Part shown: one piece after another, positions 46,139-60,412 of the stretch | How the letters are laid out: each line of letters opens with the position of its first letter | Numbering within the stretch: position 1 is the stretch's first letter | Source: a virus | Strand: one strand, 5' to 3' | Length of the DNA stretch: 64,000 nt | Virus record (IMG/VR): IMGVR_UViG_3300027754_000044 | Made by a program: the position numbers and the translations under genes | The notes under the pieces: model-generated | What the model saw: the letters and a program-made list of their open reading frames with translations, nothing else | What the model was told of the DNA's origin: nothing | The model's database searches: none

Positions 46139-46842
46139 ACTTTTTTCTCCCACACATTATCACGATAGTGACTGAAGGCCGCGCTGTGTCTATCACGATG
46201 TTTCATATAACGTGCTTGATCTTCTTCGGTCATCTCTTGTATTTTTGCTACAGTGTCATATCCACGTTTGAATGGTATAGCTTGCATTAGAGGATATCCG
46301 CTTTCCAATTTAATTACTCCAGACTCCATTTTAATAAAACCTGGAAAATTTACATACTCATGAAAATTATCTGTATCAACTATTCCGGCCATTAATTCTA
46401 AATTATCATCTGTTCTATTTATTGGTGATATAAACAGAGTCGACCATCCAGGTGGAGTTTGAACCATCCACCAGTTTAAAAATTTCAATGGATGTTTAGG
46501 AATGCGGGGATGCGTTATTACCTGGGATGTTCGATGTGACTGCACTATTGGCAAAATGAAATCACTCTCCCAAGTAACACCTGCTCCTTTGTCACTAACA
46601 CTAATATGAACATCTGCAGCTAATGGAATTATCCATCCCGCGCACATGGCATCTAAAAATGGTGGACATCTTTTCAGTGTAGGAGTTGGTGTTATTGATC
46701 CTTTTGCTGGAGCAGCATATGGGACTAATTTTTTATACCATTCTGGAATATATCTTTTCGCAGGATAAGGCTCTGGAATAACCCCTTTCAGACGAGGTTC
46801 GCATTTAAACACAACACTTTCTTCTGTCTTATTCCAAAACAT
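46135..46842 (-). CDS. Conserved phage hypothetical protein, often adjacent to 2OG oxygenases (DUF6065-like, tentative)
   Basis: P.PA...IPEWYK, T.K.CPPF.DAM..G.II, W...TPPG.S.LF..P, GIVDTD, G.PL.Q.IPFKR. Confidence 0.6.
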   Translation of the reverse strand: MFWNKTEESVVFKCEPRLKGVIPEPYPAKRYIPEWYKKLVPYAAPAKGSITPTPTLKRCPPFLDAMCAGWIIPLAADVHISVSDKGAGVTWESDFILPIVQSHRTSQVITHPRIPKHPLKFLNWWMVQTPPGWSTLFISPINRTDDNLELMAGIVDTDNFHEYVNFPGFIKMESGVIKLESGYPLMQAIPFKRGYDTVAKIQEMTEEDQARYMKHRDRHSAAFSHYRDNVWEKKV

Positions 46843-46865
46843 AATATAAACTCTCCAAAATATAC

Positions 46866-46896
46866 ATTATACTTCAATTTAAAATAATTGTCAAGG
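46866..46896 (-). promoter_or_regulatory. Early sigma70 promoter inside the late region
   Basis: CCTTGACAATTA...; TTGACA-N17-TATAAT. Confidence 0.85.
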
Positions 46897-46897
46897 G

Positions 46898-49537
46898 TTA
46901 TTGTGCGGCAAATGAAACCGTCACACTTTTACCTGGAGCCACAGAAACTGTATATCCTGCCAATGATTGAACATTAAATGTATTTGTTCCGGATCCGCCA
47001 ATACCACCTGCGCCTGCACCAGTTCCGGCTGAGCCAGCAGTTCCAGCAGTTCCTGCTACGCCAGGATTTCCAGTTCCGCCTGCCATTGCAGGAACTGTTG
47101 CATTTCCAGCTGCGCCTGCAGTTCCAGCAACTCCTGGGTTTCCGGACGTTCCTGCAGTAGCACTTGTTCCTGCTACACCTGCAGTTCCTGCTACGCCAGG
47201 ATTTCCAGCTCCGCCCGCCCTTGCAGGCACTGTTGCATTTCCAGCTGCGCCTGCAGTTCCAGCAACTCCTGGGTTTCCTGCGCCGGCCGGGGTAGGTGCG
47301 CCAACACCTGCGGTTCCAGCAGTTCCTGCTACGCCAGGATTTCCAGCTCCGCCCGCCCTTGCAGGCACTGTTGCATTTCCAGCTGCGCCTGCAGTTCCTG
47401 CTACGCCTGCAGTTCCTGCAACACCCGCTCCACCAGCTCCGCCTGCCATTGCAGGTGCTAATGCAGTTCCAGCAGCGCCAGCAGTTCCTGGATTGCTGCC
47501 ACCTCCGGCACCACCTGCATTACCGTCCGCAGACAGACCACCTCTTCCGCCGGCGCCGCCGTAAACGCCACCTTTGTCGGCTCCAGAACCTCCACCACCA
47601 CCATTTCCATAAAGAACGTTGGCACCGTTGTCTGTGCCAGCTGCTCCGCCTGCACCGTACGCAAGACCGCCAGCACCACCTCCACCACCACTACCACCAG
47701 TTCCTGCAGTTCCTGCTACGCCATTATTTCCTGGATTACCGGCAGTTCCTGGATTTCCAGCTGCACCTGCAGTTCCACCAGCTCCGCCCGGTCCACCTGC
47801 GCCATTAGTTCCTGCAGTTCCATCAGTTCCCTTGTTTCCAGCTGCACCTGCAGTGCCGCCAGTTCCATTGGCTCCAGAATTTCCTGGATTTCCTGAAACT
47901 CCCGCTACGCCAGCAGTTCCGCCAGTTCCGTTAGTGCCAGGATTACCATTAGTTCCTGCATTTCCTGCTGCGCCCGCAGTTCCAGCTGCACCATTATTAC
48001 CTGGATTACCATTAGTTCCTATATTCCCCACTGTGCCCGCTGCGCCGCCAGTTCCGTTAGTGCCAGGATTACCATTAGTTCCTGCATTTCCTGCTGCGCC
48101 AGCAGTTCCGCCAGTTCCATTGGCTCCAGAATTTCCTGGATTACCGGCAGTTCCTGGATTTCCAGTTACACCAGCAGTTCCTGCAGCATACGTAACAGAT
48201 GGAGTAGCTCCTGTCCATGCGGTAGGTCCGTTAAACGTAGATGCAACACCCACAGTTCCTGCTGATGCAGAAGTTCCTGCATTTCCCGCTCCGCCTGCCA
48301 TTGCAGGTGCAGTCGCAGTTCCAGCAGTTCCAGCAGTTCCTGCTACGCCAGGATTTCCGGCTCCGCCTGCCATTGCAGGCACTGTTGCATTTCCAGCTGC
48401 GCCTGCAGTTCCTGCTACGCCAGGATTTCCAGTTCCTCCTGCAGTAGCACCTGTTCCAGCAGTTCCAGCAGTTCCTGCTACGCCAGGATTTCCAGTCCCT
48501 CCTGCAGTAGCACCTGTTCCAGCAGTTCCAGCAGTTCCTGCTACGCCAGGATTTCCAGTCCCTCCTGCCATTGCTGGTGCAGCTGTAGTTCCAGCAGTTC
48601 CAGCAGTTCCTGCTACGCCAGGATTTCCAGTTCCTCCTGCAGTAGCGCCAGTTCCATTAGCCCCTGCATTTCCAGCTGCGCCCACATTTCCAGCAGCAGC
48701 TGCTCCGCCTGCACCGCCATTTGTTGCACCAGTTCCAGCAGAACCAGCTGCGCCTGAAGGACCAGTCGCTCCTGCGGATCCTGCAGTTCCTGCAACACCC
48801 GCTCCACCAGCACCACCAGCGCCACCAGCGCCATCGGAGGGTGAGGCAGCATTTCCAGAATTTCCAGCCGCGCCCGAACCGGCAGTTCCACCACCACCAC
48901 CACCACCACCTCCTCCACCACCAATGAAGCCGCTCGTTCCCGCAGTTCCTGCATTTCCTGCACCACCTGCAGTTCCCGCTGCGCCGTTGGTTCCTGCGTT
49001 ACCTGGAGTTCCTGCATTTCCAATGACGCCTGCATTTCCAGCTGCGCCTGCAGTTCCACCAGTTCCATTGTTTCCTGAAGTTCCTGGGTTTCCAGCTGCA
49101 CCTGCTGGTCCAGCAGTTCCACCAGTTCCATTGTTTCCTGAAGTTCCTGGGTTTCCTGCAGATCCCGCTGCACCTGCAGTTCCACCAGTTCCATTGTTTC
49201 CTGAAGTTCCTGGGTTTCCTGCAGATCCCGCTGCACCTGCAGTTCCTGCTCCGCCGTTGGTTCCTGGGTTACCTGCAGTTCCTGCGTTTCCAGCTGCGCC
49301 TGCAGTTCCTGCAGTTCCGTTGGCTCCAGAATTACCTGGATTTCCTGCATTTCCTGCTGCGCCTGCAGTTCCGCCATTACCAGCAACACCATTCGTTCCT
49401 GCATTTCCAGAACTTCCGGACCCAGAAACTGTTATGGTTCTAACACCATAAGGTACAGTATATGTGCCCGATGAATTAAACGTAACAGACCCTGCTGGTA
49501 TTACAGGGTCTGTGAATAATGCTGTTGCTGTAAACAT
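46898..49537 (-). CDS. Very long Gly/Ala/Thr/Asn-rich (G-X-X)n virion protein
   Basis: About 800 aa of GTA/GAA/GNP/GVA triplets framed by short beta-rich termini (TF.SSGTYTVP.GV). Confidence 0.8.
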   Translation of the reverse strand: MFTATALFTDPVIPAGSVTFNSSGTYTVPYGVRTITVSGSGSSGNAGTNGVAGNGGTAGAAGNAGNPGNSGANGTAGTAGAAGNAGTAGNPGTNGGAGTAGAAGSAGNPGTSGNNGTGGTAGAAGSAGNPGTSGNNGTGGTAGPAGAAGNPGTSGNNGTGGTAGAAGNAGVIGNAGTPGNAGTNGAAGTAGGAGNAGTAGTSGFIGGGGGGGGGGGGTAGSGAAGNSGNAASPSDGAGGAGGAGGAGVAGTAGSAGATGPSGAAGSAGTGATNGGAGGAAAAGNVGAAGNAGANGTGATAGGTGNPGVAGTAGTAGTTAAPAMAGGTGNPGVAGTAGTAGTGATAGGTGNPGVAGTAGTAGTGATAGGTGNPGVAGTAGAAGNATVPAMAGGAGNPGVAGTAGTAGTATAPAMAGGAGNAGTSASAGTVGVASTFNGPTAWTGATPSVTYAAGTAGVTGNPGTAGNPGNSGANGTGGTAGAAGNAGTNGNPGTNGTGGAAGTVGNIGTNGNPGNNGAAGTAGAAGNAGTNGNPGTNGTGGTAGVAGVSGNPGNSGANGTGGTAGAAGNKGTDGTAGTNGAGGPGGAGGTAGAAGNPGTAGNPGNNGVAGTAGTGGSGGGGGAGGLAYGAGGAAGTDNGANVLYGNGGGGGSGADKGGVYGGAGGRGGLSADGNAGGAGGGSNPGTAGAAGTALAPAMAGGAGGAGVAGTAGVAGTAGAAGNATVPARAGGAGNPGVAGTAGTAGVGAPTPAGAGNPGVAGTAGAAGNATVPARAGGAGNPGVAGTAGVAGTSATAGTSGNPGVAGTAGAAGNATVPAMAGGTGNPGVAGTAGTAGSAGTGAGAGGIGGSGTNTFNVQSLAGYTVSVAPGKSVTVSFAAQ

Positions 49538-49539
49538 TG

Positions 49540-49887
49540 TTATCCTCTTTTATCAGCTAACTGTAGAAAATCTGCTGGAATGTCATTAATAGTTTTAGCA
49601 AACCATCTCACCTGATATTTTTCTGTTTTATCTTCTGAAATCCAAAATAATTTTTCGAATATAAGAATTGGTAATTTAGTAACAGGAATTTTGACCCATT
49701 GTTCGGGAGCAAGTTCTGGATCATGGAACCATGTGCTTAAAGCAGCCAAATGTTCGGCAGGAACAGGACTATACTTTAAATCTGTATATTTTATATTATT
49801 ATCCTCTAGATAGTTTCGGAATGCTTGCGACTCTTCTCCATCTGTAGAATTTAAATAAATGTCTGTATATTTAATTGGTGTAGCCAT
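49540..49887 (-). CDS. Hypothetical protein, possibly a glutaredoxin-like fold without CxxC
   Basis: YL..NNI.Y..L.Y and LP.L.F patterns; AGGAG SD. Confidence 0.5.
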   Translation of the reverse strand: MATPIKYTDIYLNSTDGEESQAFRNYLEDNNIKYTDLKYSPVPAEHLAALSTWFHDPELAPEQWVKIPVTKLPILIFEKLFWISEDKTEKYQVRWFAKTINDIPADFLQLADKRG

Positions 49888-49928
49888 ATTTGAAATCTCC
49901 TATTTAAAATCTGATAACCTATCCTAAT

Positions 49929-51083
49929 CTAGGCTTCAATAAATGATTGTGAAATATACCATCTTGTGTCGCCATCAAATTTAGTGCAAACATATATGGT
50001 AACTTTGTTTGCGGCCGATGATACTGCTGGTAATGTTGCGCTGTTATTATACAACAGAGTTTCACCAGCAGGTGCTGCAAATGCCATTGTGCGACTTCCA
50101 GTGGCATCCTGTTTGAAAATTACAACAATAGTTTTAATTGCTTCTGTTCTACCTGGCATGCCTGTCGGCAATGTAACAGTTGCGTTTCCTGTTAATGATA
50201 TTCTTTGAACATTTCTTTGAGTGGATAATGTAATCGCTGTGGATGATGCGCGATACGACATTGCGTCTTCTGTGAAATTTCTAATTTTTTTACTAGAAAA
50301 GTTTACGTTATTCGAAAATACTCCAAATGAAGCTGTGTTTGAATAAACTCCGTTCGCACCACTAGTATTGATATCAGTGTTACCGGATACAGTCAATTGA
50401 GATGTAACAGTTGCTTTATTTGTTGAAGTATTTCCAGATACTGTTAAGTTTGTTCCAACAGTCGCGCGACCAGATAGAGTCGCAAGACCACTTGCTCCAA
50501 TTGTTGTGAACGAACCAGTGTTCGCTGTTGTAGCTCCCACAGTTCCATTATGTGCGCCAAAAAATGGACCACCAGTTGTTCTACCGATAGTTGTATTTCC
50601 AGACACAGTCAATTGAGATGTAACAGTTGCTTTATTTGTTGAAGTGTTACCAGATACTGTTAAGTTTCCTGTATGGGCTAAAATTCCGGTTGAAGTTGTT
50701 GTCTTACCAGCAGCACCTAATGTTGTATTGCCAGATACAGTTAAATTAGTAGATACTGTTGCACGACCTGTATGCCCAAGCAATCCAGTTGTTGTGATTG
50801 TCTTACCCGCAGCACCTAATGTCGTGTTACCGGATACAGTAAGATTTGTTCCAATAGTTACTTGACCATTTGATGATAATAGTCCATTTACGATTGTGCG
50901 CTTAGTGGCTCCACCTAGAACTGTATTACCAGTCGCTCTAAGAACATTATTAGCAGTAATCGTATTTGCATAGAGAGAAGAATTGTTGATAGCAAATTGA
51001 CTTAAACGATCAAACGCTATATTGGAATTCGTTCTCCAAGTATTGAATGTATTTGTGAGAGCTACGTTTGCAATTTTAGCCAT
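49929..51083 (-). CDS. Fibre protein
   Basis: NTF..WR...N N-terminus, repeated NLTVSGNT, distal QDATGSRT domain. Confidence 0.8.
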   Translation of the reverse strand: MAKIANVALTNTFNTWRTNSNIAFDRLSQFAINNSSLYANTITANNVLRATGNTVLGGATKRTIVNGLLSSNGQVTIGTNLTVSGNTTLGAAGKTITTTGLLGHTGRATVSTNLTVSGNTTLGAAGKTTTSTGILAHTGNLTVSGNTSTNKATVTSQLTVSGNTTIGRTTGGPFFGAHNGTVGATTANTGSFTTIGASGLATLSGRATVGTNLTVSGNTSTNKATVTSQLTVSGNTDINTSGANGVYSNTASFGVFSNNVNFSSKKIRNFTEDAMSYRASSTAITLSTQRNVQRISLTGNATVTLPTGMPGRTEAIKTIVVIFKQDATGSRTMAFAAPAGETLLYNNSATLPAVSSAANKVTIYVCTKFDGDTRWYISQSFIEA

Positions 51084-51091
51084 TTGAATTC

Positions 51092-51310
51092 CTATTTAAG
51101 CGTGAGCTGAATCAGTAAATTTTTGATATCAGCAATATCTGTTTTTAATGTATTTATATCATCTAGGGCTACATTCAATTCTTTCTCTCTACTTCTCTTT
51201 TTCCTATAAGCATCCAGTCCAGTCTGATTCACATTTATTACGGCTGGTGCTTCTTCTTTTCCCGTAATATTTCTAACAAAATCTGGAGTTTCTTTTATTT
51301 TTGCAAGCAT
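51092..51310 (-). CDS. Small conserved protein after the DUF4815 gene
   Basis: VR....AVIN, Y...R, DI..LK.DI..IK.LL pattern. Confidence 0.65.
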   Translation of the reverse strand: MLAKIKETPDFVRNITGKEEAPAVINVNQTGLDAYRKKRSREKELNVALDDINTLKTDIADIKNLLIQLTLK

Positions 51311-53190
51311 ATAACTCTTAAGTCAGTGATTCTTGGAGGCTTAACTGTGACTGTATTTGTCATAACTATTTTGATCGCCAAATATTTATATCCTGTAAAT
51401 CGTGCACCTAAGCTGTTTCTATACTCTATAACACCATTTGTATTATTTGCACCAGACAGATTAACCACTATACCATTTCGAGTAACTTTTTGAGCATTCG
51501 TTGGATACGTTTTCACACTGTAAACGTATTCTTTGAAATCTTCTGTATTCTCTGTATCTGAAATAATAGTAGATGCTGTGTTTTGAGTCATCGGCATCCA
51601 TCTAGTGTTTAGGAACGTATCGCTATCTTCCTTATGAACTATTTTGTAATACACAAAAATGTTGGCTGTAGATGGCTTATAAGCATTTACATAAACCAAA
51701 ATATCTTCAGCATCTTGACCATCAGCCAATGTAATTCTACGTGTAATATATCTAGTTTTTGCACTACCGCCAGAAGAAACATAATCTTCAGTCGATTGAA
51801 TGTCAGTATTGGAATTTATCAAATTTTCAACAGAGGTAAGTGAAATGCGGTCTACGTCAATTGCTGGAGATACCAATCTACATGTAGAAGCTAAATGAAT
51901 ATTCATATTTAAAGAACCATCTTTCATGGTCGCGTTGCTAGCAGAAGTATTAGCTTCGTTGCTATAGCTCAAGACAAATTTTGATTCTGGAAATTCCTGA
52001 GTATCATTTACATTAATGTATGAATACGAACTATCAGAAGATGAAGAACTCTTTGCATATTTTCCTGCAAAAGTGATAGCTGTGTTTGCTGGACTTATAT
52101 AATCTGATGTAAATTGCGCCACGTCGAGTTTCAAATTCTGTAAACCCAAAATTCGTGCAGTATATCCTAGAGTCTGCGATCTAATATAAGTATTTGACGT
52201 GAACATACGATTATTAGAAAACGAAGCGATCGGACCGCTGTTGATATAAGAAACATTAGCTAAATGCAAGTGGGTATTTGGATAATTAATCCTATCATAA
52301 TATTCGATCTTTCCTGTTGGAGTCACGGTGCATAGGATTGATCCATTAGCAATAATTCTTCCAGTTGTTGAATTTGTATTTCTAATCCTTATAGTTTCTC
52401 CCGCTTTAAATTTAGAAGCAGTAGACACATTTTTAACTCTGATCTGTCCGTTAAAAATTTTTGTGTTTGAAGAAACTGTTGCTGTTGCTCCAGAAGTCAT
52501 TCCTTGAATAAAACATACGTCATTATTAACATTTGTTCCAACAGTTATTGCAGAGGTCTTTGCAAATGTTCCACGTATTAATGTTTCACCATGAACTGAT
52601 TCGCCAATTGATGAAAAATCTGAAGAAACGTTCGCAACCGTCAAGTAATCGCGATCGTCATTTTTAAATTTGATCTGTCCGGTATTGATGAGATTAAAAT
52701 TTGCATAATACATTGTATACTTGATATCTTCTTCGTCAATTCCTGTGAATGTCTTATTATTACCGGATGCGAATAGCATACCGACTGCAGGTTGTTGAGA
52801 AACTCTTGTTCCTGTAACTAGATCATTTTCTCCAAGTCTGCTAGTAAAAATTGTAAAATTTGGACTTCCTCCACCAGGGATAATTTGAAATCCATATTCT
52901 TTTCCATCTAAAAGATACACGGGAGAAGGAAACATAAACGGAGTAGGTATTGAACCATCGGCACTAGTATTTATATCTCGGGGTTCTCGTCTTTTAGTTG
53001 AAAAAGGAAGAACTCGTCCAGTAAAAGCTCCGGTTAGCGGATCAATTTCACATATATTAACAGTTACAGGTTGAACCGGATCTTTTGTCGCAAAATATAA
53101 ATCAATTTTGGTTAAATATATTCCAGTAGACACAATTCCATTCCAAGAAAGTGTGTCTACTAAAAAAGTTTGTCCTATAGATTCGCTCAT
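51295..53190 (-). CDS. DUF4815/VrlC-like virion protein, C-terminal part
   Basis: GQTF.V, G.YLTKIDLYF..K, T.F.FPSPVYL, EDIK, SP.ID, KY.AIKIVM, P.I.DLR.I.L. Confidence 0.8.
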   Translation of the reverse strand: MSESIGQTFLVDTLSWNGIVSTGIYLTKIDLYFATKDPVQPVTVNICEIDPLTGAFTGRVLPFSTKRREPRDINTSADGSIPTPFMFPSPVYLLDGKEYGFQIIPGGGSPNFTIFTSRLGENDLVTGTRVSQQPAVGMLFASGNNKTFTGIDEEDIKYTMYYANFNLINTGQIKFKNDDRDYLTVANVSSDFSSIGESVHGETLIRGTFAKTSAITVGTNVNNDVCFIQGMTSGATATVSSNTKIFNGQIRVKNVSTASKFKAGETIRIRNTNSTTGRIIANGSILCTVTPTGKIEYYDRINYPNTHLHLANVSYINSGPIASFSNNRMFTSNTYIRSQTLGYTARILGLQNLKLDVAQFTSDYISPANTAITFAGKYAKSSSSSDSSYSYINVNDTQEFPESKFVLSYSNEANTSASNATMKDGSLNMNIHLASTCRLVSPAIDVDRISLTSVENLINSNTDIQSTEDYVSSGGSAKTRYITRRITLADGQDAEDILVYVNAYKPSTANIFVYYKIVHKEDSDTFLNTRWMPMTQNTASTIISDTENTEDFKEYVYSVKTYPTNAQKVTRNGIVVNLSGANNTNGVIEYRNSLGARFTGYKYLAIKIVMTNTVTVKPPRITDLRVICLQK

Positions 53191-53220
53191 TTATTTTTCC
53201 AATTTAGTTTAGAATTAATT

Positions 53221-58137
<4,917 letters not shown>

Positions 58138-58149
58138 TTATTTTCTCTC

Positions 58150-59727
58150 TTAAAAACTTAAAACGATTTTAACATCTTCGAGCTGATCAGATGCTCTAGT
58201 GATCGGAACTCTATTTTCATTGTAAATAATAACGCCAGTATATTCTTTCAATGCTGGTCTTATATATGAGATAACATTTGCTGTATATCCAGAAGTTACT
58301 CCTTGAACAGTTTCGCCTTCTGCAAAACTTTGTCCGATACCACTTGTAACTAATCGAATCAATTTCAATACGCCTTTAGTTCTAGAACTATTGGTGTTTG
58401 CAAAATAAACTAAACGCCCTTTAGCGCCACTTTGATTTCCTCTTATAACTTCATCTGTCGTAAAATCACCAGAAACCACGTTGACTGTAATTCTATGAGT
58501 TTGATCAATGACGGAAGTATTTGCTGCAGAACCATTTCTCAATAAAGGATCGCGAATAATTCCAATTGTTCTAATATCATTATTAGTTGGTAAAGTATTT
58601 GATTCTGCGCCTTTTAGTTGAACGTTCATCATTATATATTTGCCAAACAACTCATTAACTGGACTTGATCCATGCCCCCGCACTGGTGATATAATAGGGA
58701 TTGCTTTTGCGCCGGACCCACGAGAAGTATTTGCAGAAATCACTACGTTTGCGCTAGAATAATTTGCACCAACTCTTATCATAGAAATTTTTCTAACTTG
58801 ACCACCAACCGTATTCGATACCCAAGCAGTCGCGCGTTTTGTTTCTGTTGTTCCACTGTCTCCAGATATTGTAACTGTTGGACTTATAGAATAAGTCGAC
58901 GTTGTATTCGGAGTTATCGTAAATGCAGTATTTACCGTCAATGCCCTGGTAGTACCAACATAATTTATAATTTTTCTTAACGATCCACCAAGGCCAGATC
59001 CTTTTCCAGAAGTGATCATTATGGAAGATCCAACATATGCGTCATCTGTTCCGATAGCATTACTTCCAAGAACAAAAACTGTAGAGTTTGATATAGAAGA
59101 AAAAACATTTGAAGTAGAAAGATATCCACTTCCGTTCGCAGTAATTTGTATATGTTCTATTGAACCATTAGCAGCTGCTTGTTGAACAATCCATTGCGCA
59201 CTAGAATCATTAGCTGAAATATTTTTTACTGGTATGAATTGATTCGTTAAAAACTTATTTTTCTCGCCAGCAGATACTGTATATAAAAATTTCCATCTAT
59301 AATTATCTGCAGTTGAAATAATAGATGTGCTTGTTCCAGTAGGAACTACAGTAGAATATGCACCAAAGTTATTGTCAATACATTTATATACATTGTCTTG
59401 CGAAGTCATAACATAAAATGGCGAACCACTCAGAGAAGCATTATTTGAGGTGTATTGGGTATAAACTGTATTTGCGGTCCAATTGAAACGCGGAATACAA
59501 TGCGTTACATCTGAAACTTGAATTCGTTTAAGCCCAATAATATCACGCCAAAAATCATAATATGTAGAATCATAAGAATCTACAGGTGTTGGTGGTGTCG
59601 CATCATTCGCATAAGCATAACTTTTCCCCGCAAACAAATAATAAATGTTTGGATTAGTTTCTGAAAATGACTCAAGAAATTGAATCGCGTTATGTATGCG
59701 AAAATGCGATGTTACCAACGAAGCCAT
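58150..59727 (-). CDS. gp8: Baseplate wedge subunit
   Basis: FRIHNA..F, KRI...DV...IPR.NW, FYVMT...NVYKC..N, D.Y.WKFLY, GHG, Y.ENR.PITR..DQ.ED.K.VL.F. Confidence 0.9.
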   Translation of the reverse strand: MASLVTSHFRIHNAIQFLESFSETNPNIYYLFAGKSYAYANDATPPTPVDSYDSTYYDFWRDIIGLKRIQVSDVTHCIPRFNWTANTVYTQYTSNNASLSGSPFYVMTSQDNVYKCIDNNFGAYSTVVPTGTSTSIISTADNYRWKFLYTVSAGEKNKFLTNQFIPVKNISANDSSAQWIVQQAAANGSIEHIQITANGSGYLSTSNVFSSISNSTVFVLGSNAIGTDDAYVGSSIMITSGKGSGLGGSLRKIINYVGTTRALTVNTAFTITPNTTSTYSISPTVTISGDSGTTETKRATAWVSNTVGGQVRKISMIRVGANYSSANVVISANTSRGSGAKAIPIISPVRGHGSSPVNELFGKYIMMNVQLKGAESNTLPTNNDIRTIGIIRDPLLRNGSAANTSVIDQTHRITVNVVSGDFTTDEVIRGNQSGAKGRLVYFANTNSSRTKGVLKLIRLVTSGIGQSFAEGETVQGVTSGYTANVISYIRPALKEYTGVIIYNENRVPITRASDQLEDVKIVLSF

Positions 59728-59730
59728 TAA

Positions 59731-60336
59731 TTATCCGCCAAGAACTGTTGTATACGATACGTTCAATGTGTCTCCGCTCGAAACAATTTTATCTCCTGCA
59801 GAAAAAAGCCCAGCAGAATATAGTGTTCCAGTTGTTGGACCAACACCAGCATTGCTCTTATTTGGATTTGAAGTTAAGAATGCACCCTTAACGGTACCTG
59901 AGCTTGAAATCGAAAATACAGTAGCATTAGATGAAGCAATTGCTTTGGATGCAGCAGCTGCAAATGTGACTTGACGAAGCGAGGTCTGACTGAAATTTGG
60001 TGCATTATTACTATTACATTGACCCCAATTACTATGGCTTGCTTGAGTATCTGTATTAGCAACTGTTGCATAGTTATTAGCGCCTTTTAATGAACTAATC
60101 AGACCAATATACCATGCAGTCACTTGGGTTGTAGATCTAAATTGAACTCCGAGCATATGATTACGCCCCTGGTCAGTTACGACATTTTTAATATAATCTG
60201 ACCACTTTAGATTACCATCTTTGTCGTAACATTCGGTCACATAATATCCAGCAGGAGATACAGCTTCCGATGAACTTGCTCCACGTGTTACTGATGCAGC
60301 GAAAGCATCTTTTGAAATTGCAATTTCTGAAGACAT
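59731..60336 (-). CDS. Hypothetical structural protein
   Basis: C.DKDGNLKW....N.V...G, GTL.SAG.F, GDTLNVSY; TATAAATA at 60388-60395. Confidence 0.65.
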   Translation of the reverse strand: MSSEIAISKDAFAASVTRGASSSEAVSPAGYYVTECYDKDGNLKWSDYIKNVVTDQGRNHMLGVQFRSTTQVTAWYIGLISSLKGANNYATVANTDTQASHSNWGQCNSNNAPNFSQTSLRQVTFAAAASKAIASSNATVFSISSSGTVKGAFLTSNPNKSNAGVGPTTGTLYSAGLFSAGDKIVSSGDTLNVSYTTVLGG

Positions 60337-60412
60337 AATTTTTCCTTTATTTGCGATAAGATAATGTATTGCTTTAATACTATTTCCTATTTATACGTGA
60401 TATTTCATATAT

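Noticed and set aside
47619-49451. 610-aa Pro/Ala-rich + strand ORF, and Gln/Leu-rich alternative-frame ORFs nearby
   Set aside because: Shadow of the Gly/Ala repeat gene: GGN/GCN codons read antisense lack stops; no SD or promoter
46898-49537. Mycobacterial PE-PGRS gene or contaminant
   Set aside because: No PE domain; A/T-ending codons match the phage; embedded in the phage operon
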